Assembly (NCBI RefSeq): GCF_036321535.1
Contig: NC_087438.1
Span: forward strand, 14,262,001 to 14,326,000
Reading direction: 5' to 3'
From: Camelus dromedarius
Taxonomy: Eukaryota
Length of the DNA: 64,000 nt
Shown here: positions 54,076 to 64,000 of the stretch, in pieces
Position numbering within the stretch: the stretch's first letter is position 1
Layout of the letters: the number at the start of each line of letters is the position of its first letter
The notes under the pieces: model-generated
Told to the model about the DNA's origin: nothing
Seen by the model: only the letters and a program-made list of their open reading frames with translations
Database searches by the model: none
Program-made: the position numbers and the translations under genes

Positions 54076-54621
54076 CACTACTCTATGGAATGTAAGTTTA
54101 ACCTAACAGATCTCATTTTTTTCCAGCAATATGTCCAACAACCAAAACATGATAATATATTTTTTTATACTTACAAGAAACAGCAATAAAAAATAAGTAA
54201 ATAGATGTGGGAAACAAGGAAATTAAAGCTATACTTGAGATGCTCAGTAAAAGTTTTCTGATTTTACTGGGGCCAGAAAATATCAGAGTATTAACAGTCA
54301 AATATGAAGTAAAATTATAAACATTCTCAAAATAAATTTGGTTTTTTAACAGGCTATAACAATATTGGCCATCAAAAAATGTGCTATATTTATGTGTAAT
54401 TTTGCACTAATAAATTTGGAAGTGTTTCCAGCTACAGTGACATATCAGCAGAATCTTGAATATCATTTTTAATTCCTTATGGGAAAAAAAGCAATGTGAT
54501 AACTAAATATATGAATTCATAATAGATGCTTTTCAGTCACTTTGAGCTTCCCCTGTGATTTTTCTGTATTTACCTGTGTGGTGTGGTTTGGAGGCATCAT
54601 TAAAAGCAATAACAAGTTATA

Positions 54622-55048
54622 ACTTAGATAAGTCAGACAGATAAAAACAAATACTGTATGATCTTACTTAAATGTGGAATTTAAAAAGAAAAAAAAAAAA
54701 AAAGGCTTATAGATACAGAGACCAGACTGTGGTGGGCAGAGGTGGGGGGTTGGGTGGTGGGCAAATTAGGTGAAGGAGGTCAAAAGATACAAACTTCCAG
54801 TTATAAAATAATTGGGGGTGGAAGTTACAGCATGATGACTATCGTTAATAATACTATATTGCATATTTAAAAGTTGCTAAGAGACTCAAAAGTCCTCATC
54901 ACAAGAAAAAATATTTTTAACTGTATATGGTGACAAATGTTAACTAGATTTACTGTGATGATCATTTCACCATATATACAAATATTGAATCATTATGCTA
55001 AACTTCTGAAACTAATATAATGCTATGTGTAAATATACCTCAAAAAGA
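54622..55048 (+). mobile_element. L1MA9-like 3' end
   Basis: 'aagtcagacagataaaaacaaatactgtatgatc...aaacttccagttataaaata...atattgaatcattatg...tgaaactaatataatg'. Confidence 0.92.
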
Positions 55049-55777
55049 GATAAATACAATAACACAAAAGGAAAATCTCACTGTCAAAAACAATTCTCTA
55101 ACTCCATCCACATTGCATAAAACATTAACAGCATACTTATCTAAAGCCTTTATTGTAAGGCTCAGTTAATCACTGATAACCCTCACCTAAACAAACTTGC
55201 TAAGTTATTAATACTATCTACTTACTTTCAGTATCAAACTAATTATGTATTCAAGCTCACTGTGTACTGTACCATAGCTGCTCAGACCAGTAGTTGATTT
55301 TAACTAAATGAAAATCTTCTAATGACCAAGGGCTAATTGATTTTTAACCCAACTATAAATTAAAGAAAGATTGCTCATTAATGATGAATATTTCCATATT
55401 TTGCCATCATGTAGATATTGGTATATCTTTTGTGTATCTTATGTGTTGTGTTTCTAAGTACATAAGAAATGAACTGCAGATTTAGACACTGCTTTGGCGA
55501 GGTCATTCATTTTCATTTTTTTCTTTATATTTTATTTTGATTTTTCTTTTTGCCAGAATTTGAAACTCAAGAAAATAAATTTGGGTGTATTTATAGTGCT
55601 GCATGGTGATGCTAACAAAATAGGAGCCTTGTCACTCTTCCTTTGTTTATCTGGTCTATCTTATATACCTATTAGACAATAACTTCCCATTTTATAATAT
55701 ATATATTCCCATAAGTTTAATCTATATTTATAACATCTAACATAAATATTATTTAATATTTAATAAATAATAATAAT

Positions 55778-56285
55778 ATAAACACTATTCAGTCTTAAAA
55801 AGAAGGAAAATCCTGTTATTTGAGACAACATAGACAGGAGGACATTATGCTAAATGAAATAAACCAGACAGAGAAAGACACATAGTGCATGGTACCACTT
55901 ATATATGGATATGTGGAATCTATAAAAAAAAAAAGTCAAGTTCATAGAAATAGTAGAAAAAGCTGCCAGGAGCTGGGGGATGAAGGAAATAGGGAGAACT
56001 GGTGAAAGGATGCAAACTTTCAGCTATAAGATGAGTAAATTTTGAGAATCTAATGTGTAACATGGTGACTACAGTTGATAACAATGTATTATATAATTGA
56101 AATTTGCTAAGAGAGTAGAACTTAATTGTTCTCACAAAAATTTAAAAAAAGGTAAACATGTGAAGTGATGGGATGTGTTAATTAACTCAATGGGGAGAAT
56201 AATTTCACAATGTATACATACATCAAATCATTGTATTATATACTTTAAGCATCTTAGTCATACTAAATAACACTGAAAAACAAAA
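55778..56285 (+). mobile_element. L1MA9/10-like 3' end
   Basis: 'ctattcagtcttaaaaagaaggaaaatcctg...gacattatgctaaatgaaataaaccagacagagaaagac...tttgctaagagagtagaactt'. Confidence 0.92.
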
Positions 56286-56429
56286 GAATGAAATAACAGG
56301 GGAAAGAAGAAGAGAACTGAAGATGAGCACTAGCTATGTACCAGATACCAGCTGGTTGCTCTGTATTGATCACTTCATAACTTCCTAGAAACCCTAAAAT
56401 TTTGTTTTTTTCCCCCATTTAAAAGACAC

Positions 56430-56590
56430 AAAATGTTGATTTCCTGGCTTTGAAAATATACCATAGTTGTTCTGAGATCCATTTGAGGGATGAGACAATG
56501 GGCACACAGAGGACTTCTTGGTAGTATTTTTACAACTACTGTGTCTATACTTATTGCAAACCCTAAACCTAAAATGTTAAAAGAAATTTA
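56430..56590 (+). mobile_element. Older L1 (L1MB/ME-like) 3' terminus
   Basis: 'aatgttgatttcctggctttga...gtatttttacaactactgtgtctatacttattgcaaa'. Confidence 0.65.
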
Positions 56591-56591
56591 A

Positions 56592-58072
56592 AAGATCATA
56601 TTTGCAAATAGAGATAATTTTATGTCTGCCTTTTCAATTTGGATGTATTTTATTTCTTTTTCTTGCCTAATAGCCTTGGCTAGAACTTCTAGTGCTACAT
56701 TGGACTGAAGTGGTAAATATGGGACTCCTTGCCTCGTCTCTGGTTTTAGCAGAAAAGCTTTTAGTCTTTCACCATTGATTAGGGATTTTACTGTGGGATT
56801 TCTGTATATGGCTTTTATTATACTGAGGTCATTTCCTTCTATTTCTAGGAGTATTTTTTATCATGAAAGGGTTTGGGATTTTTATCAAATGCTTTTTCTG
56901 CATCAATTGATTTGATCATGTTTGTGTGTTTTCTCCATTCTGTTAATGTCATGCATTTTACTGATTTTCATATGTTCAATCATCCTTGCATCACAGGGAT
57001 AAAATAATTATTCACTATGACCAAGTGAGATTTAATATGTTGCTGAATTAGGATTGTTACTATTTTGCTTAGTGGTCTTAAGGATATTGGTCTGTATATT
57101 TTTTGTAGTGTTTTTGTCTGGCATTGGTATCAAGGTAAATCTGGCTTCAAAGAATGAATTAAGAAGTATTCCCTCCTATTCAATTCTTTGAACTGTTGAA
57201 GAGTTGGTATTAATTCTTCTTTAAATAATTGATAGAATTCACTAGTGAAGCCATCAGGTCCAGGGATTTTCATTGTCAGGAGATTTGATTAATAATTCAA
57301 TCTCCTTACTAGTTATAGGTATATTCAGATTTTCTATTTCTTCATGATTCAGTATTAGTATGTTTTAGGTTTCTAAGATTTTGTCCATTTCATCTAGGTT
57401 TTTGAATTTGCCATTATACAACTGTTCATGCTTCTTGCTTTTAAATCTTTAGAATTTACAACCAGTAAAATCAGTAGTAATGCCCCCAGTTTCATTTTTG
57501 ATTTTAGTAATTTGAGTCTTTGTCTCGGTCCATGTAACTAAAAGTTTGTCAATTTTATTGATCTTTACAAAGAACCAACTTTTGATTTCATTGATATTCT
57601 CTATTCTTTATTCTGTAATCAATCTGTGCTCTAATTGTTATTATTATATGCCTTTTGCAAGCTTTAGGTTTAGTTTATTTTTCTTTTTGTAGTTCCTTAA
57701 GTTGTAAATTTAGTTTCTTGATTTAAGATCTTTCTTATTTTCTAATGTGTTTATAGCTTTAAATGTCCCCCTTAACACTGCTTTCACTGTGTCCAATAAG
57801 TTTTGATATGTTGTGTTTTCATTTTCATTTATCTCTAAGAATTTTAGAATTTTCTTCATGATTTCTTTTTCTATTCATTGGTTGTTAAAAGTGGTTTTTC
57901 CATTTTCCTACTATTGTTTTCTAACTTCAGCTCATTGTTGTTGAAGATGATTATTTCTGTGCCATCTATCTTTTCAAACCTACTGAGACTTAATTGGTGG
58001 CCGAACATATGGTCTATCCTGGAAAATGCCCCAGGTGCACTTAAGAATGTATGTAATGTTGTTGGGTAGAAT
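56592..58072 (-). mobile_element. LINE-1 ORF2 fragment (endonuclease to RT), antisense
   Basis: Reverse complement of L1 ORF2: 'tttcttgcctaatagccttggctagaacttc', 'tcaaatgctttttctgcatc', 'gtgaagccatcaggtcc', 'catatggtctatcctggaaaatg'. Confidence 0.95.
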
Positions 58073-58690
58073 TCTCAGGTCTTCTTTCAGCCTGCACCCG
58101 TGGACATGCATGGTGACTTTCTGATTTCCTCTGTATATACAGTTGTTTTTTAATGTTTGGCTCTTTACCGTTCATAATATTTAAAGTTTTAATGTTTGGC
58201 TTCCAAAAGAGAAAAATGAAGGGGAAAAAGAAAGGTATTGATCTTTTAAATCCTCTGGAAGTCAATTCAGCCCAAGGGAGAGAAGCTTGCAAAAATGGGG
58301 ATAAGTACTACAGCACTGGCTGCCTGCCTCTTTGTCTGCATCCTCTCAGACCTTAAACAGCAATAAGTTATCAGAGCACAGATCCCAAATATTTGGAAGA
58401 TAGGGTCCTTTATATCCACCCTGGCTTCCACAAGCTGTGTGCAAGCTGCTCCAGGAACATGTGCACAGGTGTCTGTCATGGATTGGGAAATGGGGATGGG
58501 TGGGTAGGTGCTAGTGTGCTAAGAACTGAAATTGCCCTAAATTAGTTGAAATTCACAGTTCAAGCCCTCCTTTGGAAGTTGCACATCTTCAATAGACTCT
58601 AGAATCCAAAAATACTTACATCGTACAGCTTCTGGCCGGGCAACTGTTGTCTAGGTAGGGAGATAGATTCCTAATGCTTCTTACTTTACT
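58073..58690 (-). mobile_element. L1 5' UTR (L1M4b-like 5' end), antisense
   Basis: 'gcctctttgtctgca...tcagagcacagatcccaaatatttggaagatagggtcc...caagctgtgtgcaagctgctccaggaaca' matches the L1M4-class 5' end as recalled. Confidence 0.75.
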
Positions 58691-58955
58691 GTGTTCCTCT
58701 ACAGCAAAGCTTTTTATCTTAAAGGGATGCAGCTTTTGGGGGCATCATTTTCTACAGAAAAATTTTTATAAACATTTAGTCCTATGCTATGGGTCATATA
58801 CAACAAAGTACAGATTTTTCGAGTGGAAAGGCACTTAAGACTACACAGGACAAGGCAAAGACCAAGAAGCCAACATTAAAAACAATACTATATACAGTTT
58901 TTGATACAATGTATGTGGTAAAAATATAAAAAATGTCTAGCAATAGAAAATACAA

Positions 58956-60950
58956 GTATGTTGTGTTTCTATACATGAACAACAAACTATCAGAGGGAGA
59001 AATTAAGAAAGTAATCCAATTTTACTCCACTTACAATTGCATCAAAAATGATAAATTCCTAGGAATAAGTTTAACCAAGGAGGTAAAAGACCTGCACACT
59101 GAAAACTATAAGACATCAATGAAAAATTAAAGGCATGAATAAATGAAAAAATATCCTGTGCTCATGGATTAGAAAAATATTGTTAAAATGTCCGTACTAC
59201 CCAAAGCAATCTACAGATTTAAGGTGATCCCTATCAAAATTCCAGTGACATTTTTCACAGAAATAGAAAAAACAATCCTGAAACTTGTATAAAATAATAA
59301 AAGAACTTGACTAGTCAAAGCAACCTTGAGAAAGAACAAAGCTGGAGGTATCAAAATGCCTGATTTTAAACTATAATACAAAGCTATTGTAATCAAAACA
59401 GGATGGTATTGGCATAAAAACAGACACATGTAACAGGTCAATGTAACAAAATAAGGAGCCCAGAAATAAACCCATATATATGGCCAATTAATTTATAACA
59501 AAGGAGTGGAGAATATATGATGAGCAAAGTAGAATCTCTTCAATAAATGGTGTTGGGAAAACTAGAGAGTCACATGAAGAATGAAACTTGACTACTATCT
59601 TAACAGTATACACCAAAAATAAATCAAAATGAATTAAAGACTTGAATGTAAGAACTGAAATCATAAAATTCCTAGAAGAAAACATAAGAAGGTAAGCTCC
59701 TTGATATCAGTATTGGCAATGATTTTTGGATCTGTCACTTAAAATAAAAAGCAATGACAACAAAAAAGTAAAAGAACAATGAACTAAAAGTTTCTGCACA
59801 GCAAAGGAGATCATCAACCAAATGAAAAGGCAGCCTATGGAATGGAATAAAATACTAACCTATTATCAGATACATGATTCACAAATATTTAAAATACAAA
59901 AAGAATTCACACAACTCGGTAGCAAAAAAATCAGATTAAAAAATGGACAGAGGATCTGAATACACATTTTTCCAAAGATAATATACAGATGACTAACAGG
60001 CATATGAAAAGATGCTCATCATCACTCACCATTAGGGAAATGCAAATCAAAACCACAATGAGGTATCACCTCACACTTATTAGAATTATCAAAAAGACAA
60101 GAAATAACAAGCTTTAGTAAGGATGTAGAGAAAAGGAAATTCTTGTGCACTGTTGTTGAAAAACAGTAAGGGGGTTTCTCAAAAAATTAAAAATAGAACT
60201 ATCATATTATCCAGCAATTCTGCTTCTGGTTATTTGTCTAAAGAAAAGGAAAATGCTTATTCAAAGAGATATATATATACCCTCAAGTTTACTGTAGCAT
60301 TATTTACAAAAGCCAAGATTTGGAAACAACCTAAGTGTCCATTGATAGATGAATGAGTAAAGCACATGTGGGAGATTACACACACACACACACACACACA
60401 TTAACTGGAATACTATTCAGCCATAACGTGGAATGGAGTCTTGCCTTTTGCAACATCATGGACGGACTTTGAGGGCATTACACCAAGTGAAATAAGTAAA
60501 ACAGAGAAAGACAAATACCATATGCTTTCATTTATATGGGGAATCTTAAAATCAAAACAAAACCCAAACAAGCTTATATATGCAGAGAACAGATTGGTGG
60601 TTGCTAGAGGAAATGGGTTGAGGGTGAACAAAATGGCTGAAGGTAGTCAAAAGGTACAAATTTCCAGTTATAAAACAAATAGGTCATGGGATGTAATGTA
60701 GAGTATGACAGCATGGTGACTATGCTAAATAATAATACTGTATTGCACATTTGGAAGTTGCTAAGAGTAAATCTTACAAGTCCTCATCACAAGGGAAAAA
60801 AGAAAAAAAAATTAAAAAGTCGTTAAGGGACAGATGGTAACTAGAATTATTTTAGTGATTATTTTGCAACAAACACAAATATTGAATCATTATGTTGTAT
60901 ACCTGGAAATAATACATTAATTACATCTTCACTAAATACAAACAAACAAA
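58956..60950 (+). mobile_element. 5'-truncated L1MA9-like LINE-1 (ORF2 3' half plus 3' UTR)
   Basis: ORF 58933-59130 (FLGISLTKEVKDLHTENYKT), ORF 60153-60356 (AKIWKQPKCP) and ORF 60441-60701 (PFATSWTDFEGITPSEISKTEKDKY); tail 'aaatacaaacaaacaaa'. Confidence 0.95.
60378..60400. repeat. (CA)n microsatellite within L1
   Basis: Direct reading. Confidence 0.9.
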
Positions 60951-60954
60951 GCCC

Positions 60955-61250
60955 ACAATACTACATACTGTTTTTGGACACAACATATGTGGTAAAGGTA
61001 TAAAAACATGCCCAGCAATAAGGAAGACAACTTCAGGATAATGATGACTTCTGAGGAGGAAGACCAGGAAAATGATGTGACTATGCACAGAGGAGTAAGT
61101 GTGATCTTATATTATTCCTTTTTACAAAAGAGATAACCAAAGGATACCTGGAATATTGTTAACATCTCTTCTTCTGAGAAGTGATAATTGGTTCTTAGCT
61201 ATATTCTTTTTGTAACTTTGTGTATGTTTACAATACTATAATTAAAAAAC
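60955..61250 (+). mobile_element. L1ME-like 3' end (host of the 58956-60950 insertion; upstream part at ~58800-58955)
   Basis: 'catatgtggtaaaggtataaaaacatg...ttcaggataatgatgacttctgagg' and 'tatattctttttgtaactttgtgtatgttt'. Confidence 0.7.
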
Positions 61251-61699
61251 TAAACAATGCTAAAACATTTCTACTACCAAAGAAACAAATGTTGGGGAAA
61301 TCACTTTGACTAGCTGATCAAGTTGCTGATTGCAAAATTATATTCCAAATCAGCAAAATTTTGATTGAGCACATCATTAATTAAAATGTGTAGGTCACAA
61401 ATGGATTATTTTTGTCATTCTAGTAACTCATTAGAAATAGTAGTTCATTGACTTGATTGATTGCTTAGTGCTAAAACATGATAATGAAGAATAAAACCAA
61501 GTTCACTAAAATAATTTCTACTCTTATTAACTTAGCCTGAAAACATCTTACCAACACTCTTTTACTCCTCAAATGCTCCTGAACTATAACATTCAACTTC
61601 CACATATCATTGCTCAGCTTTGTTTTACAATTTTAGTTTTGTAAAGGGTTATAAAACAATCACTTTAAAATTGGTTGTCATTCAAAAACAGGTAGTAAA

Positions 61700-62088
61700 A
61701 GTATTATTTCCATTACCCAAACATGTGAAGCTAGGCCCACCTCATAACCTTTGCACCTGCTATGACTTCTATTTAAGACGCTTTTTCTGCGACTCAGTTT
61801 GGAGAGCTCCTTCTGATATCTGAGGTTGAAGTGTCACTTCCTCAGAAAGGTCTTTTGCTCAGTCTATGCCAAGTTATCTTTTCCCACTCACGTTCTATTG
61901 CCTTGTTTCATTATCATCCCAGCGTCTGTTATCTGAAATTACATGTCTGTTTATACGTTGATCTTGTCCCTTTAGCCCCTTCATTAGAATTTTTTTTAAT
62001 GAGAAGTTTATCTTGTTTCTCAATGTATTTCAGTAGTCTAGAATACGCATGATATATAGCAGTTACTCAAAAAAATCTTTTCAATGAT
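61700..62088 (+). mobile_element. L2a 3' end
   Basis: 'cctttgcacctgctatg...gtgtcacttcctcagaaaggtc...gtatttcagtagtctagaatacgcatgatatatagcagttactcaa'. Confidence 0.85.
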
Positions 62089-62279
62089 GTAAATGCTAAC
62101 TTTAAGCAAGGCACTGTTTTTAGAATGGAAGGTACATAACAAAAAAGTAAAAGAAGGTTATTCCTGGTTAAGTTAGCTAAAGATCGTGGCCAAAAAAATA
62201 AAAATAAAAGTTTGTGGTTTCCTGGTAATAAGCTTGAGTATTCCACATCATTCCCCAAAATAACAATACTAGAGCTAGG

Positions 62280-62830
62280 GCAGCTTTGGAGAAGTAAATG
62301 AGTGTCACTGTCATCTGGGTTTGATGTCAGGGACATACAGAGGAAATGTACAAAGCATATATTTGCAAATATTGTTCTGCAAATCTGGGAGTTAATTAAG
62401 ATGAGGGATAAAGATGTCAGAGGTCCTCAAGCATAGAAGGTAACACAAATCAAGGGGGTAAATGAGGTCACTCAGGGAAAATATGGCCAAGAAGAGAAGA
62501 TGGTTAAGGACAGAGCTTCAAGGTAGATGAGAAAATTGAAGTTTGCAAATAAACTGAGGAGCAGAGAGGTAAGAAATGAAGTGCCATTCCAGTAGTCAAA
62601 GTGAAGGACTGTTTTAAGGATGTGTGTTCAGTCAGTTTAAAGGAAAACCAACAAGGGGCTATTGGATTGTGAAGTAGATAGTGATTGGTGACCATAAAAG
62701 TTGATTCTGAATTTTGACCAGAGTCATATCAGTGAATCTAAAACTGAAACAATAAGTGCTAAGGATGTGGACATAGTGTTGATAGGATGCTATCTCTGAT
62801 TAATTTGAGGCAAAGGAGAGGGAAAAGCAA
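62280..62830 (-). mobile_element. LINE-2 fragment
   Basis: 'aatgaggtcactcagggaaaatatgg...agaagagaagatggttaaggacagagc', 'ctattggattgtgaagtagatagtgattggtgacc'. Confidence 0.75.
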
Positions 62831-64000
62831 ACAACTGCACTGAAGTTTTGGTTCTGGGTGACTGAGTCCCTGTTCCACCAACGATGAGATAAATTCAAAA
62901 GTACAAGTAGTTTGCAGAGAATAAATGTAAACACTGAACAATTGGAAAATAATTTAATATACTTTTATTTACTTCCAGTTAATCCTCTTTAAAATTCTCT
63001 AATTTAATACCTTAGAAGAGATCGAGCAAGAGCATATAAAAACATATAACAATTATAACTCAACAGAAAATAATTCCTTAATCAATTCTTGGTTTACTAG
63101 TTAATTCTAATGTCTAATTAAAACATCTTTAATTTCTAATAAAAACCCTACTCGCCAGCTCATGCAATGCTATTAAACAGATCTTTTTTCCCTGTTTTCC
63201 TAAAATCTTAGGTGAACAAGTTTAATGGACTCATTCATCCTGGTTTGTCTAGAGAATAAAGGTGCAATAATTTCCTGAGGCTATGTAAACACATCCAAAA
63301 TGAAACTGAGATTTGAAATTAAAGTGCAAATCACTCATCTCAGTCATTCGAATATATCAGGTAAAATGGGCCCTTTAAGAATGAGGAGCTATGGACCAAT
63401 CAGATATGGAAAATATCTTTAAAGTTCATGCAGTAGTGTTCTCTCTTTTTTTTCTGTTACTATTAAAATAATGCCAGAATTCCCGTTAAGATTTAGCAAA
63501 AGATAAAGCTCCCAAGAAACTTGATGCTATATCCTTCCTTAGGGTGGCTGAGAGCACTTGTAATTCCCCAAGTTAAGAGAAATACGTTAAAAGGACATAA
63601 ACTAAACAAAGGGCAGCAAGACAAAAATCTCTTACTCAGTTCTGATAATTTTGACATAATCACCTCAGAATGATGGCTTCTGCTTCTCTCCTCCCAACAC
63701 CATTTTTAAAAATCAGCCTATTGTTTAGGGCATGCTGATGCAGCTCTAGAAAATGTAAGCCACCTGAATTATTTATTTAGAATCTAGAATTATTGAAATC
63801 TGAAGCAATACCTATATGACTGAGTTACTATTTTCCTTTGTTAACAAACACATACAACACTACAAACTACGATGTATCACCCTTTCCTAATATTAATATT
63901 ACATTAGAAAAGGGAGTCTGACACCTTTAAGTAATATGTAAAGTGCAAGAGAATAAAACCCATTGCCCTATTTCCATAATCTTTACTAATTATTCAGGAA

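Noticed and set aside
56592..60950. A single twin-primed (5'-inverted) L1 made of the minus and plus segments, whose ORF2 coordinates nearly abut around the RT FADD region
   Set aside because: About 265 bp of unrelated sequence separates them, the plus element has its own flanking duplication, and the two seem to be different subfamilies. Subfamily assignment could reopen this.
3650..62941. The many 60-130 aa ORFs in the supplied track as protein-coding genes
   Set aside because: They show no recognisable domains and have the composition expected of AT-rich non-coding DNA or antisense repeats; those with homology are disrupted L1 ORF2 pieces.

Overview
This is AT-rich, CpG-depleted eutherian mammal DNA, non-coding (intergenic or deep intronic). 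Two short LINE-1 tails point to a cetartiodactyl; the one at ~13.4 kb resembles camelid L1 3' ends as I recall them. I find no credible protein-coding exon, RNA gene, CpG island or CRISPR array. The only ORFs with recognisable homology are broken LINE-1 ORF2 pieces, plus a short CR1/L3 reverse-transcriptase remnant below the ORF-track length cutoff. Much of the window is decayed transposable elements: L1 (clusters at 1.4-3.4 kb, 45.8-49.6 kb and 54.6-61.3 kb), L2, MIR, MaLR/ERVL LTRs, and hAT MITEs (MER58B, MER20, MER5A-like). I see no evidence of a new biological system. The best second-look items are retrotransposition oddities (a ~75-bp target-site-like duplication, an L1 5'UTR fused directly to ORF2, and an internal L1 duplication) and candidate enhancer motifs in apparently repeat-free islands (a perfect DR5 element near a CNC-Maf site at 28.8-29.2 kb, tandem-amplified RUNX sites at 51.5 kb, and a CNE-like block at 52.1-52.6 kb). 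Repeat family names come from recalled consensus sequences, not a search, and element boundaries are approximate.
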